This document shows positions 1-13,189 of a DNA stretch of 64,000 nucleotides, piece after piece; positions within the stretch are counted from its first letter, which is position 1, and every line of letters begins with the position of its first letter. The notes beneath the pieces were generated by a model, which worked only from the letters and a program-made list of their open reading frames with translations, had not been told where the DNA came from and did not search any database. The stretch comes from Psammoneis japonica (taxonomy: Eukaryota), in assembly GCA_008632985.1 (NCBI GenBank), contig QPGO01000172.1, positions 62,001 to 126,000 of the forward strand. Direction: 5' to 3'. A program made the position numbers and the translations under genes.

Positions 1-789
1 ATTCCTACACGCTCGGGTGAGGAGATTGTACTACATTCAAACGACTTGATTGGAACACTCCAGGTTCAAGCTCCCAGAGAGCCTCAGTACCGTACAGCGC
101 TCCGGGCGTTCGAGAGTTGGTACGAGCGATTGCCAAGTGCCGCAAACCAACCATGGCTGTCACCAACATGCCGCTTTTGCCGTATCTCAAGAGAATTCCG
201 TACTTGGTCGTGTCTGGCAAAGAGTTCCGATCATGCTTTGCCGAAGCTGAATTGTAGGACGAGTTTGAACCTTTTCTCTTGACACATTGCGCAGTGCAGG
301 TGAGATGTCGCGTGTGCAAATGGAGTTGTATGTTTTTATGCAAAAGAGAGGAAAGTGAAAGCTCACATGCATGGCATTACTTGCTTATTTTAAAACAGTC
401 TTGATCCACAAGCATTTCGGCCGCCAGTGAAAGGAATAATGTGCCGCAAGTTCGACTTGCCACAACTTATAAGGCTTCAAACTTTGCTTTGCCACAACAC
501 ACACAATTCTTGAAGGAGGTGGAACGTGATATTGAATATGCGTTCGAGTCGGACAGCAGCAGCAAGCAGCAAGAACAAGTTCAAGCCAAGCAACACGCCA
601 GAATGTAACAAGAGGGCTTCTAGGGTTTTGTGCTCTCGTGTTTGATTCGTATTGGTATGCGTAGGATGTAGCTTCTGGGAACGATCCGTTGGTTCATACG
701 GCGAGCAAATTTACTGATGGTTCTGTTCAAAAGAAACTTTCTGGAAGCACGAATGCGATTCCAAGAAGGACTCGTCGAAATCTTGACGT

Positions 790-1109
790 TAAGATGCAAG
801 AGTCTCAAGTTAGTAGCGCTATGCGTGAATTGACGGGACAACGCGTCGCCCTTGGTGTCATCCTTTCCATGATTTTGACCATTCTCTTTACCTATTCTGA
901 GAAAAAATGCCACGCGACAGTCCGCGATGATTGTCCTTCACGATCAAACGGTCATTGGAGGGTTTGCAAATCAGGCTCTCGACGCTGCTCGTGCAAGCTC
1001 TGTACCTGGTTTGTACGAACGAGTATCAAGTACGGTCTACGAATTCGAGGTTGATGGCAAGGATCCTGACGAACTGGGGGACTGGGAGCTCTTGTACATT
1101 CTGGAGTAG
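790..1109 (+). pseudogene. Fragment of ion-transport/adenylate cyclase-type membrane protein (frameshifted)
   Basis: ESQVSSAMRELTGQRVALGVILSMILTILFTY resembles the linker/TM segment of protist ion-transport-adenylate cyclases. The frame shifts at the A-run near 903-908 and continues as MIVLHDQT. Motif recall only. Confidence 0.35.
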
Positions 1110-1904
1110 AGTTGGAGTAGAGAGCTGAGAGTAGCTTTTCGAGAATACTCGTAGACGTGGTGACGGCAGAGTAGTGGCGATGACACCCTCATGCGTAACG
1201 ACGTTAATTTGTTTTGTACACCAAGCCATGTATTCATTACTTCCAATTGACGACCTAAAAAAGCATTGGTGCTTTCGTGGACACAAAATATTTAGAGAAA
1301 TATCTGTCTCATTTGCTCTTCGTAACTTTCAATTGCCAGGTAAGACAGCCATCTGCCGCCTTTCTTCTGACCTGTTGAGCGAAAATGGTGTCAATCTCGG
1401 GCTTACGGTTTTACCTTCAATGGACAATCTCTTGATTTTGTTCTCGTCGTACAGTACTTGCTAATATATCTGTATAGTCGGTTTGACGATGCGAATTCGT
1501 ATTAATCACCGGTCGCTATGGGTTGCCTCGAAATTAACTCGAGAGCAAAACAGAAGAAATAAATTGATACGAATGGAACTCGTCGGCAAAACAGCTGCAC
1601 TTTTGACGTAACAAAGGAACCGATTATGGGCAAGACAAGAAAACAAAAGAGCAACTCAAGGACGTAAGGACCCGCAGGAAGGTAGAGCCTAAATTCTGCG
1701 AATCCACCAGCTCCAACCAAATATATGCGAAGCACTGCTGTACGCCTTGTTCATCCCTCAAAGATACTTAAATTCTTTGATACCTCTGTGAACTAATACT
1801 GCTCTACAAATGCTTTTTTGCAATAGTCTCTAGGAAGCACTTGATACGAGCACGTACTCACTGATACCTCTGAGGTCGAACTACTTCCATACTGCTATTA
1901 CCAA

Positions 1905-2150
1905 TTACCATTGCAGCTGTGACAGCTAAAACAACGCTCTAGCTAGAGTCGGCCTGAAACCTTCCGTCGGACGCCCATTTCGATCATAACACGATACATG
2001 GCTCTTCGTAATAGTAGGAAGCATGTGCTATGTACGTCTTACTGGTGATACCATTGCAGCCGTGACAGGCTCACTAGCCGGCCTGAAACCATCTGTCGAA
2101 CGACCATTGTGATTATTTGATATCACGACACGATGCATGGCTCTTCGTCA
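1905..2150. repeat. Diverged two-copy tandem duplication (~140 bp period)
   Basis: taccattgcagc.gtgacag...cggcctgaaacc...acacgat.catggctcttcgt occurs at ~1907-2010 and ~2049-2148. Confidence 0.7.
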
Positions 2151-3394
2151 TCGGTGTACTATGCTATACGCGGACGTACTAATTGTGAACTGCAGCACAG
2201 GTCGACGAGCACAATTAGCGACGTGATTGCCCAAACAAGGGATAGAACCAGAGTCGATGGATTCTTTTCCATTTCGCTTTGCATTTCTCCATGGGCAAGA
2301 AGTCAATACTGAAATAATGATCTGTGTGATAAAGTTGTTTGGAAAAGTACTTCCAAGAGACACAGCAACACCTCCAGGAGTTACAACCACACGACCAACG
2401 GAAATGACAATCGACGTTTCCAAAGCTAGCATGCCGGAAAGACACTCGTAGCGACATCCAATACCGGTATTGAAGAACGCTGATGATGCGTCGGCACAGT
2501 TAGAATGAATGGAGAAGCGACGAGTAATTGAGCAATTCGATCTGAGTGAACTAGCCGCAGAGAATGAAGTTGCGTTACCGGTTTGTATACCCTTGGGAAG
2601 TTGATGCATTGGGTAGTAAGGAAGGCGAAACAATGGCGGCGGTGTTACCAAACTGCCCCATGAAGCAGGTACATTATTTGGACCAGATCTCTTGGTGATT
2701 TTGGTTGGTAGAATGCAAGAGCTGTCCAAGGTTCGGGCCTTGCGATTTAGAGGAGCACCCGATCCCGGCCGTTTCAGACCAAGCAGCGCATCCACGGTGA
2801 GAGAAGAGGAACCACCGGGCGATGTTAGATTCTTCGAATCAAGCAATCCCACTTGAACGAGAGCCAAGAAATGTTGGGGGAGCCTCAGTCTTCGAAAAAG
2901 AGCGCCAACCATTTGCAGGTCACCGCCGGCATCACGTTCCCGGGGAGGGTGAACCGAAGCAACTGCCTTCGTCAGACATACCCCTTCTTTTGCTGCACTC
3001 AATAAGCCCATAAGATGAAGACCTCCGAGAAGATTGGCTGGCCTAGTTGAACCACAACTATAATAATGGAACGATCCGGAGGTCTAAACAGGATGAAACA
3101 GCGACACGACAATCGTGTAGCTACCGACTCGGCAAGAAAATCTCCCAGACTCGAACTACCTACGGCCCCTACAAGTAGCCTCCGTTGATACTAATTGTAG
3201 AATCAAGCCCTGTGAGTCTCGTTTTGAATAGCATACAAGTAAAAGAAGTGCAGTATCTGGCTCAAAACTTACCTGTATTGCTTCCCATACGGTATCCTCT
3301 AGCCTTTTTTCTTTTGCCGCGTCCATCTAAAACGCATCTGCGCCCCGAACCTCTGTTGCACTCCCAACAACAACTCTCTATAATATCTCTGCGG

Positions 3395-4036
3395 TCATGA
3401 TTTTTTGAGTTTCTTGGGCTTTTTACGCTTGTGCTTGGCCCTATTATTTCTTCTCCTGCCGTGAACCCGAGACGGACCCGACGCCAAATCGTCCAATGAT
3501 ACGACAGCAGCAAGCACAAACGATACCGCCAACAAAGCGGTAAGCGCCCACTCCAATGGAGACGACACGATTGTACCATTGAATAGCGAACGAATCGCAC
3601 ACCATTCACTCCACGCCCAACGTTTCATAGACATACCAGGGATGATAGGAAGGTCGGCTTGAAACACAAAATGCCCGACCCACGCCGGCAGACACCACGT
3701 TGGAGGCACCGCCAACACGATAAAGGAGCGACTGGTAGGACACCAGGAGGATGGTAGTATCAATGCATAAACAAGCATAATGGCTGAAGCAACCATGGCG
3801 CTGGCATGCAAGCAATTGCTCACAAAGTCATGATGCGTCTTGGTAAAGCCAGCGCACACTTGTTCGAGCGAAAGATCCGAGTTCATTTCGTTTTTGATTG
3901 CATCCGCAGCAACAACCATTGCATCATGACCGTGTAAGGCTTCCACTATATTGGGTCCATGAGTCTGGGCAACAATCATGGCAACGTACGCAACTACAAG
4001 CACCGCAGACATGGTGTCATGCCGCTCATGTCTCAT
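3395..4036 (-). CDS. Mpo1/DUF962-like membrane protein (possibly partly hypermutated)
   Basis: 213-aa ORF with hydrophobic segments, HHDFVSNCLHAS and AWVGHFVFQ (family pattern H..N..LH / WVGHFxFE) and a basic C-terminus. Some Cys residues sit where Tyr would be expected. Confidence 0.5.
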   Translation of the reverse strand: MRHERHDTMSAVLVVAYVAMIVAQTHGPNIVEALHGHDAMVVAADAIKNEMNSDLSLEQVCAGFTKTHHDFVSNCLHASAMVASAIMLVYALILPSSWCPTSRSFIVLAVPPTWCLPAWVGHFVFQADLPIIPGMSMKRWAWSEWCAIRSLFNGTIVSSPLEWALTALLAVSFVLAAVVSLDDLASGPSRVHGRRRNNRAKHKRKKPKKLKKS

Positions 4037-4341
4037 GCCGATTCTGCGGCATTTTTGCCTCTGTGACCGTTCTTTCTATAAATAAATCCTCAATGCTTTT
4101 AACATTTTATATTCGCTATTTTAGTATCCACAATTCAGACAAACAAGTGTTCTGGACCGTTAACATCAACATGGGACTCGTGCAGGTCTTGGTAGTGATT
4201 CTACGTAAACACCCGAGTCTTAGATTGGCGACAGCAACGTCCTCACATTTTGGCGAATACACCGCTGCTAATTGCGTCAAAAAAAGAATCGTCTGCTTCT
4301 ACGTGCCCTGTGGTTTATTTTATCTCAGCCATTGGATTGGC

Positions 4342-4818
4342 TTAGGGAGAAAAATGCTTGGGTGTTCCTGACTGAAGCACCTCCGGACGAATGTGAACTG
4401 GCTCGAACATTGCATCCAGTCCACCATTGGAGATCCTCTTGAAGTCCAAAGAAGGCTTCTCGGGAGCTGACGCAGCCAGCAAGAATGGAGACAATCTTGT
4501 CTTTGGATCGAGAGTGGTCATTAGGTCGAGAGCAGTCACCGAATCTAGACCAGCCGAATCTAGACCAGCCTTCCACAATGGCCTCATTGCTTCCCACTCG
4601 TGACCCGATTCAATGGCACAATGAAGTGCCAGCCGACCACCAGCCGTTGCTGGACGAGCCGCAGCCCGAGGGCGAGCATTCAGCAACACAAGAATCATGT
4701 TGTTTTCACCTTCCGGCATTTCCATGTCAATCAACGATGGGATTAAAAGGTCCGGGTGAAACAGCGGGGGGCGCCGGGCACTCACAACCTTCGAGGCCGG
4801 CTGTGATGACTGGAGCAA
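4342..4818 (-). pseudogene. Ankyrin-repeat-like protein, C-terminal fragment
   Basis: GRLALHCAIESG and DPKTRLSPFLLAAS...LDAMFE are typical of diatom ankyrin-like protein C-termini. Confidence 0.5.
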
Positions 4819-4854
4819 CCAGCTTTTGACCTTTGATCATCAAGGCATGTTGCC

Positions 4855-5250
4855 GACGTGTTCCAGCTCTAGGTGGGACCTCGCACCACTGAACTGTGAC
4901 ATGATTGTTTTTTGTCATCCGTCGCATGTTTCGCGCGCACATTTTTGCATGTTCTGTCATAAAAAATTGTTCCACACTGCCTGTTTTGCGAAGCCAAAGG
5001 CTTTCTGTCATCTGCACTTGTGTCAATGAAAATGCACTGGGCACATTCTTCAATGTCTAAAGAACACACCCGGGCATGCTGTAAAGAATGTACTTCAAGT
5101 GTGGAGGAGGAGATGCATTCGCAAAATTGCCTCTTTTTCTGTTGGCGATCATTCATGTGTTCATTGCTTGATGATTTTGCTGCGGAGCTCGCACGCAGAA
5201 TTCTGCGGGCCCAATGTCACAAAAAGTCCCACCTGGGACTGGAACCCGTC
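4855..5250 (-). mobile_element. GAC-terminal MITE, subfamily 2, copy A (396 bp)
   Basis: Ends are gacgtgttccagctctaggtgggac and gtcccacctgggactggaacccgtc. Same length as, and colinear with, 53807-54202 in the opposite orientation. Flanks tgcc/tgaa do not form a TSD. Confidence 0.9.
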
Positions 5251-6846
5251 TGAAAGCCATGTCAAATGTTGACTGCACAACGTCACAAATTTGACGGGAA
5301 ACATCGCCACATCTAGAGCGACAAGCACAATGCAATGCTGTGTCACCACACAACCATTTGCAGCAGTTGCCAATTCGCACAGAGTCGAGCGAGAGATCTT
5401 CTGAGCTGAATCCAGAAGAACCTTTGCAAGCGCTGGATTCAATGCATGACCAAACTCGTCAAAGTGGATGTGCAGCGGCGCATTTCCCGATCGATCGCGG
5501 CAGAACAACATTGATTGCACGAGTTCCCGTCTCTCGGATGAATCCAAATCATCTCCACTGAAAGCCATGTCAAATGTTGACTGCACAACGTCACACATTT
5601 GATGGGAAATGTCGACACATCTGGAGCGACAAGCACAATGCAGTGCTGCATTGCCACAACCGTTTGCAGCAGCTGCCAATTCGTGAAGAGTCGAGCGAGA
5701 GATCTTCTGAGCCGAATCCAGAAGAACCTGAACAAGCGCTGGATTTGTCATGTCGGCATCCAAATTTCTGATGAAGTGGGTGTGCAGCGGCACATTTCCC
5801 GATTCATCATGGCAGAACAGCATTGATTGTGCAAGTTCCCGTTTCTCGGATGAATCCAAATCATCTCTGCTGAAAGCCATGTCAAATGATGACTGCACAA
5901 AGTCACACTTTTGACGGGAAATGTCGGCATGACAAGCTTCACAATCACAAGCACAATGCAATGCTGCTGTGTGGCCACAAACGTCTGCAGCAGCACAAGC
6001 ATGATGCAATGCTGTCTTGTCAACAATGTTTGCAGCAAGCACCAATTCGCACGGAGTTGCGGGAGAGATCTTCTGAGCTGAATCCAGAAGAATCTTTGCA
6101 AGCGCTGGATTCAACACATGACAAAATGTCTCATCAAAGTGGATGTGCAGCGGCGTTTTTCCAAATCCATCATGGCAGAACAGCATTGATCGTGCGAGTT
6201 CCCGTCTCTCAGATGAATCCAAATCATCTCTGCTGAAAGCCATGTCAAACAATGACTGCACAAAGTCACACTTTTGATGGGAAACAGGAAGGCAAGCCCC
6301 ATGCAATGCCGTCATGCCTTGATCTTTTGCAGCAGCCACCAATTGGTGCGGAGTTGCGGGAGAGATCTTTTGAGCCAAATCCAGAAGAACCTTTGCAAGC
6401 GCTGGATTCAACGCATGACCCTTCTTGTCAAAGTGGGTGTGTGGCGGTGCATTTCCAAATCCATCGCGACAGAACAGCATTGATCGTGCGAGTTCCCGTC
6501 TCTCGGATGCATTCAAATCGTCTCTGCTGAAAGCCACATCAAAAATTGACTGCACAAAGTCACACATTTGACGGGAAATCTCGAACCCATCTTCTGACTG
6601 CACAAAGGCAAGTCTTTGATGGGATGATTCATCTTCCGTTTCCGCTCCCCTTTCAACTCCTTCACAACCAGACAATTCGCACAGTTTCAATTGACAACCA
6701 AAATCGCAGCAACAGAGTGAATGAATCAAAGATTCTCCACCAAACAAAATTGTGAGATCATGTGTTGCCTGCGGGTGCTCTTGAATGTATTTTTTCGCCT
6801 CGGTCCATTTCTGCTTCACGCAAGAGTCAATCAGCGAACAGCGCAC
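5251..6846 (-). pseudogene. Ankyrin-like tandem-repeat protein (~100-aa units), hypermutated and cut by MITE A
   Basis: Unit anchor tgaaagcca at 5251, 5559, 5871, 6234 and 6528. G.TALH.AC and GN.PLH motifs. The last spacing (308 bp) is a frameshift. Confidence 0.75.
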
Positions 6847-8704
6847 GTGAGTTGAATGTGCTCAGTTCTCGGCTTCAGCTCTCCCTCTCTCAGTGTTCTG
6901 CAGCTTGTAAGAAAATGTGTCCTTGCCTGTCTCCCTATCAGAAATGACATGTTGGTGAAGTGCTGTCGTTCTGACATGGTGAATATGAGCTCCACAACTC
7001 GACCCGTCGGTTATTTCATTTGTTGTGTCGACTGCGATTTCAGATTGAGCAACGGTCAACCATGCAGGACTTGGCCTGTTTCTTTTCACTGCTTTTATGT
7101 ATTTAAAGTGAGAAATTATTCATTTTTGATTTCGTATTTTCAATATGAAAATTTATTTAAATACGGTAATTTCGTGGTACAGAAAAACCCAACCATCGCG
7201 CGCGCGCCCATTCGGACTCGCTCGTCGTCGCCATCACACAAAGCACACAAACAAGAGTGAGAGAGAGAAAACATACTGTACCGAATCAACCAAGATAGCA
7301 ACATTGTGAACAACTACTACCGGTACGTTGTAAACCAAATGGTTATTGCCATGAGAAATCGGGCCTTTCCTTTGTGCTATTCCATCATTTGTCATTTGTG
7401 TTTGAGAGTTGCAAGGCATGCAATCTTTTCCATCGAGCTGGATGCGTCGTACATGCTGGAAATGAATATGCAATATGCACGATGGTCGCATGGAGAACTA
7501 AAATGTAGACTTTCCCACTGCCTCTCTGACTGCTGTTGTGGGAAGCCTTCCCACGCTCGTCCTTTGGCAAACAACGCAGGACTCGTTCAATCGTTCACGT
7601 TGTCACCTCAATCTTATCAAATTTGACTATCCTTTACCCTCGTTACAGATTACCGTGGGAGGCAATCTGACGTAGGTAGCGATGACTTTCCTTTGATTGT
7701 TGGGCTTAAGGAAGAATTTAGCAGAGCTCGATGCCACAGCGAGCAACAGTGATTTGGAGAATAGAAATGGGCTATTTTTATTCAAGAAAGCAAGACTATT
7801 TCTTTGAGAAAGTGTCACAGACTTTCTTTCTTTTATATTGTTACTATAATTGCGGTCACTACGAGAATGGCTGGTTTTAGATTTTAATGGGTGGTCACTT
7901 TTGGTGGCGACTTTCCTTTATACGAGTACGACGAACATGTTTCCGGAAACATGATAATCATCAAGAACAAGTTGCCTCTCTTTTTGGTGCATCAAGTGCA
8001 TACCGATACTACAACTCAGAAGTGTATTCAAAACAGAGCGTTGTTGGATGTTGGTTTGGAACATGGAACAAGCGAAACAGTAATACAAAGATATCAAGAA
8101 CGAGAAGCATGGGATTTGATGTCTCCTACAATCCATTCCATGCACGTGACATTTCAATAATATTTTGCAGTCGACGACAACTGGAACCGTATTCAATTTA
8201 ATGGGAGAGAAGGCTGATCCCCCAAAGTATGGTACTTTTTCTTTTCTTTTCTGAGAACTGGAATGCAGAAACGCAAGATACTCAACCGGAAAAGGAACCA
8301 AGAAAGAGATATTCAAAGTAAGGAAGACAAGCTCATTTGTGTCGATCTTGGCCTCTCCAGCCGTGGTGATCTAGGGAGCAGTGGGTCGTTCCAAGTTTCA
8401 GCAGTCAACGGAGAAGCCATTATTCATCCTCTGGCACTAGTTAACGATTAGAAGCCATGGTGGGCTTTGCCTTTCGTGCGCAATCCTATTGGAAGACCAA
8501 TGTTCTCTACCCTCTGGACTGCCGTTGTTTTCGCCAACAAAAAGCTAAAGCAGAGGCGCTTGTATCCCAACTATCACCTGGAAAAAAGAATCCCAAACCA
8601 TGGTGGATAGACGAGTCAGCTTTGAAGCGTTCGACCAAAAGCTACTCGTTAGTACCCAAACAATACCAAGAGAACACCCACGGCTCGACGAGAAAAGCCG
8701 CAAG

Positions 8705-9051
8705 AGATTGATTCTGATCACCTTCCAATTATTTCAGCCGAGCTTTGAGAAATCAATGTGCCCGACACAATATAGTGCTTGTCCTTGCACGGTTCGAGTC
8801 AAGCTAGTTCTCTCATCCTCTCCTCGTCGTCTTGAGTCTCGACGGACTTGGCAAGAGGAAGTCGAGTCTCTAAATAAGTCGCAAAAGATTGATTCTTATC
8901 ACCTTCCAATTATTTCAGACGAGCTTCGGGAAATCAATGTGCCCGACACAATATAGTGCTTGTCCTTGCACGGTTCGAGTCATGCTAGTTCTCTCATCCT
9001 CTCCTCGTCGTCTTGAGTCTCGACGTACTTGACAAGAAGAAGTCGAGTCTC
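8705..9051. repeat. Two-copy tandem duplication, 181 bp period
   Basis: agattgattct.atcaccttccaattatttcag...gtcgagtctc at 8705-8870 and 8886-9051. Confidence 0.9.
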
Positions 9052-9147
9052 CATACCGGTACATGACCAACTCTGCCAACGCTATCGAATGACGACATCA
9101 ACACGCTTCATGTTGGAGATTCCAATACAATGACAGTCAAACAACAG

Positions 9148-10296
9148 GCATTGCGTTGCCAGGTGGTAGTCGTTTTGCCGCTTTGGCTTGAGCATCCCTG
9201 AGCCGGGGAGAGCTTTTGTGCTTGTCAGCAACGGGCGACTGCAGCTTCCCGACAAACGCCTTTTGTCTTTTGGCTCTATTCATGTCGACGATGGAGGAGG
9301 CGCTCAGTATGAAGACCAAGACGGCCTTGTATGTGTACGATAGTCTACTCCTCTTCATCGGGTCTTTGCCGTTCCAGAGGAGATAGTTTTGAATGAACGT
9401 AATCTTGTCAAGATTTACAGCTCGGGACATTCCAGCATTGCGTTGCCAGGTGGTAGTCGTTTTGCCGCTTTGGCTTGAGCATCCATGAGCCGGGGAGAGC
9501 TTTTGTGCTTGTCAGCAACGGGCGACTGCAGCTTCCCGACAAACGCCTTTTGTCTTTCGGCTCTATTCATGTCGACGATGGAGGAGGCGCTCCGTATGAA
9601 GACCAAGACGGCCTTGGATGTGTACGATAGTCTACTCCTCTTCATCGGGTCTTTGCCGTTCCAGAGGAGATAATTTTGAATGAACGTAATCTTGTCAAGA
9701 TTTACAGCTCGGGACATTCCAGCATTGCGTTGCCAGGTGGTAGTCGTTTTGCCGCTTTGGCTTGAGCATCCCTGAGCCGGGGAGAGCTTTTGTGCTTGTC
9801 AGCAACGGGCGACTGCAGCTTCCCGACAAACGCCTTTCGGCTTTCGGCTCTATTCATGTCGACGATGGAGGAGGCGCTCAGTATGAAGACCAAGACGGCC
9901 TTGTATGTGTACGATAGTCTACTCCTCTTCATCGGGTCTTTGCCGTTCCAGAGGAGATAATTTTGAATGAACGTAATCTTGTCAAGATTTACAGCTCGGG
10001 ACATTCCAGCATTGCGTTGCCAGGTGGTAGTCGTTTTGCCGCTTTGGCTTGAGCATCCCTGAGCCGGGGAGAGCTTTTGTGCTTGTCAGCAACGGGCGAC
10101 TGCAGCTTCCCGACAAACGCCTTTCGGCTTTCGGCTCTATTCATGTCGACGATGGAGGAGGCGCTCAGTATGAAGACCAAGACGGCCTTGGATGTGTACG
10201 AAAGTCTACTCCTCTTCATCGGGTCTTTGCCGTTCCAGAGGAGATAATTTTGAATGAACGTAATCTTGTCAAGATTTACAGCTCGGGACATTCCAG
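9148..10296. repeat. Tandem repeat, 4 x 287 bp, near-identical, containing a CNNM exon fragment
   Basis: Units start gcattgcgttgcc at 9148, 9435, 9722 and 10009, with only a few SNPs between units. Confidence 0.97.
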
Positions 10297-10866
10297 GATA
10301 CCCGTGTACTGCCGTACTCCAAACAAACCAAAGGATATATCCGGAATTCGCGGCATTCTTATGTCCAAGCTTTTCATTGTGGTGGAAAAGGATTCGCGAT
10401 TGGTTTCAACACTGTCATTGTATCAGTCGTTCTGTGTCGCTCCGCATGTCAATTTGGTGGATCTCATGCAATATGTTTCAGACAGGCGGTGTTTCCATTG
10501 GCGTTGGTGGTCACATGGCGTTGGTTTGTGCCCGGCCGCAAGTTGCTGCTGATGCCTTGAGCGAGGAAGAATTGTGTTCCCCCGAAAGCAGGGGTGTTGT
10601 GCATTCTTACACTAGAAGATGCATTGGAAGCGTTGCTTCAGGAGGAAATATATGACGAGACAGACCGACTGGAACAACGTCAGGAAGAGTTGGCTAGGTG
10701 CGCGTTTGCCCAGTGGAAGAAGTTTGCGTCTGGCAGACCGATTGAATCCTTACACGGTGTTGTCCAACAGACTACAACTCTCCAGACTCTGGCTGAGAAA
10801 GCTAGAGGCCTCTCTACGACAGAAACGAATGTGCATTCGGAGCCCAAGTTTAAATATGATGTGTGA
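10155..10866 (+). pseudogene. CNNM/DUF21-CBS metal transporter, 3' part, frameshifted
   Basis: ALSMKTKTALDVY, IYSSGHSRIPVY, NLVDL, GGHMALVC and TLEDALEALLQEEIYDETD are spread across frames. Confidence 0.85.
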
Positions 10867-11135
10867 GCGACTGACAGCCAGTCACAAAGGAGGGATAGGG
10901 TTGCGTTGCCAATTTCGAGGCCCACGCGTCATAAACGTTTCTTCGTGATTTTTTGGAAAAGTGGGCTATTTTTATTTTCACGAAAGCATGAACTATTTCG
11001 TCGAGAAACTGTCACAGCGTTCAGCACGCGTTTGATATCGTTTACTATCACGTGGAAGGCTGTTTAGTGTTGCTAAAAGGAGGGTTGAACAAGAGGGGAG
11101 TCGTGATGAGGCCAACCTGTTGGAAGTCGATAGCG

Positions 11136-11263
11136 ATCCCCTCTTGGTCATGGTTCACGGGGTGTTTGGATACGAATCTGGACAAGTTTTGACTCCCATC
11201 CCCTCTTGGCCATGGTTCACCGGGTATGTTTGGCTACGAACCTAGAAAAGTTCTGACTCCCAT
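11136..11263. repeat. Two-copy ~63-bp tandem duplication
   Basis: atcccctcttgg.catggttcac...tacgaa...tgactcccat occurs twice. Confidence 0.8.
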
Positions 11264-12308
11264 GAAGTTACTGAATTAGTTTTCACCGGCCGTGTTTGCC
11301 GTTCGTCTCTTGAATGATACCTTGCCCATGGCGAAACTTACGGATATTGCGTTTGTGTCGAAGCCACCATTCCCTTTCCTCTCAACGACGACGGCACTTG
11401 TATGGACCGATTATTTGCAAAGCTGGTCAAAAAGAACGAGCAGGGAATCGAATATGTCGCTAGTGTGGAACGCGCCGTTAGTTTCTCCAACCGAGATGTT
11501 GGAAACTTTGGAAGTGAAGATCGGGTCTACTTTCTGGACAGTACGTGGTCACTCTTGTCCGAGACAAACGAGCAGCTCCGCCATCAGTCCCTATACTGCC
11601 AAGGAATTCCAGCTTCTCATATTCAAGATTGGTGGTTTCTTTGGCTATTTGAATCCAGACGTGGTCGTTGTGCAGTACCGCAATGTTCCGTCTGTCGAAG
11701 AGTTAAATGCTCCTGTAACGCAGTGCCGACGAAACCTGCAGGTGGGTAAGCGATATGTGCAAGCCAAGTTTTTGAGCGCCGCTCCATACTGACTGCCTTT
11801 TCAGAATTGACCGGCGGGGATGCTCCCATGTCGCTTTTCATGGGTGACTTGCCTACAAGTTGTCACTCTTCCATCAAGCTTGTCGACACGAGTGTCTCAG
11901 CGCAATCAGAAAGGAGAGTGTGCTCTAGGCCGATGATGTCGGACACTTTTTTTCTGTTTTGGGTTATCGCAGCTATTGTCGCTTAAAATAATCCACAGAC
12001 ACAACAAAGCGTCTGTGATTTACGTTTGACTTGTACAAGAAGAATCAGCGTCGTCTTTCTTGCTTATCGACTGACCGGCCACTACAGGGAAGCAAGGAGA
12101 ACGATACCAATAAGCCACGATGAATTATAATATGGACTGGAAGCGGGTTGAGCAATGCGCATGAACGCAGTTTGGGATCATCGAACTGTCTGGAGGAAAT
12201 CACATCCTGCCGGTGGAGGGATCACGAATCTCGACAGTGGGACATGAAGCCCCCTCTGGGAAAAAATGCTAGGATGGGTCCTTTCGTGTCCCCAATTGTT
12301 GAGGTGCA

Positions 12309-13031
12309 TTGGTGAATCCGGCTGCGAAGCACTTTATCAACGCACAAGGAAAGCCACTCAAGTTGGAAACTATAAGGAGATTGCTACAAGAAAACAAGGA
12401 AACCGTGGCAGCTGTGGGTGAATGTGGTTTGGATACAAGCGAAGGCTTCCCACCGCTCGAGAATCAATTACCTTGGTTTCGAGCTCAAGTCGAGTTGGCA
12501 TCTGAATTGAATCTACCGCTATTTGTTCATGAAAGGATGGCATTTGATGCAACAAAAGAGTGTTTGGCTTCTGTACAGGTTCCAGTATGAATCCATTGTT
12601 TTACTGGAACGCGAGATGAATGTCGAGAATACGTCAAGCGGGGGTACTTTATTTCAATTTCTGGATTTATTTGCAGAGAGACCAATGATAATTGTGCCGA
12701 GGTATAGGCTTGCCTGGCAGAGGGGCTGATACCGCTGGACAGACTCATGGTTGAAACAGACGCACCTTATATGGGCTTTGATGGCTGCCGCGATGCGTAC
12801 ATGGAAAAGAACGCAGAGTATGTTGCCAGTCTCAATGGTAAGAAACGAAAATGATTAGCCAAGAGCATCTATCCAAATGTAACCAGCTCATTGCCACAAG
12901 TTGTGGACAAAATTATGGAATGCTTAAACAAGAATAGACTGGATTGTGGAGAGGAGCTGTTGAACCAAAGCCAGGTGTCGGAACAAATGACTCGAAACAC
13001 GATCGCTTTCTTTGGTTTTGAAGGAATGTAA
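12309..13031 (+). pseudogene. tatD: TatD-family DNase, 5'-truncated, three in-frame stops
   Basis: AVGECGLD, LPLFVHER, IHCFTG, ISISG, LDRLMVETDAPY and C-terminal NTIAFFG lie in one frame, with stops near 12588, 12705 and 12852. Confidence 0.9.
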
Positions 13032-13189
13032 CTCACTAGAGCATGCACTCGCCACTCAAATCGAGTAGCCGTATCAGGTAGTAATCATTAAAGCTAACCT
13101 GCACGGGTGCCGATAAGAAGTGAGAATCTCCAGAAGCACTCCAGACACCGTTTAGATAAAACCTCAAAGGGTGGGTTACCCTGTCATAG

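Larger units (their letters stand above)
4330..7000. other. TpA-depleted hypermutated domain 1 (edges approximate)
   Basis: TA nearly absent, TG/CA abundant, Tyr almost absent from the 561-aa ORF. Confidence 0.85.

Noticed and set aside
2148..3011. 287-aa minus-strand ORF as a gene
   Set aside because: No recognisable motifs; probably the shadow of a decayed plus-strand coding sequence
9148..10296. CRISPR-like array, or four tandem ~100-aa genes on the minus strand
   Set aside because: Units are identical end to end with no unique spacers. The minus-strand ORFs are shadows of a plus-strand CNNM fragment.
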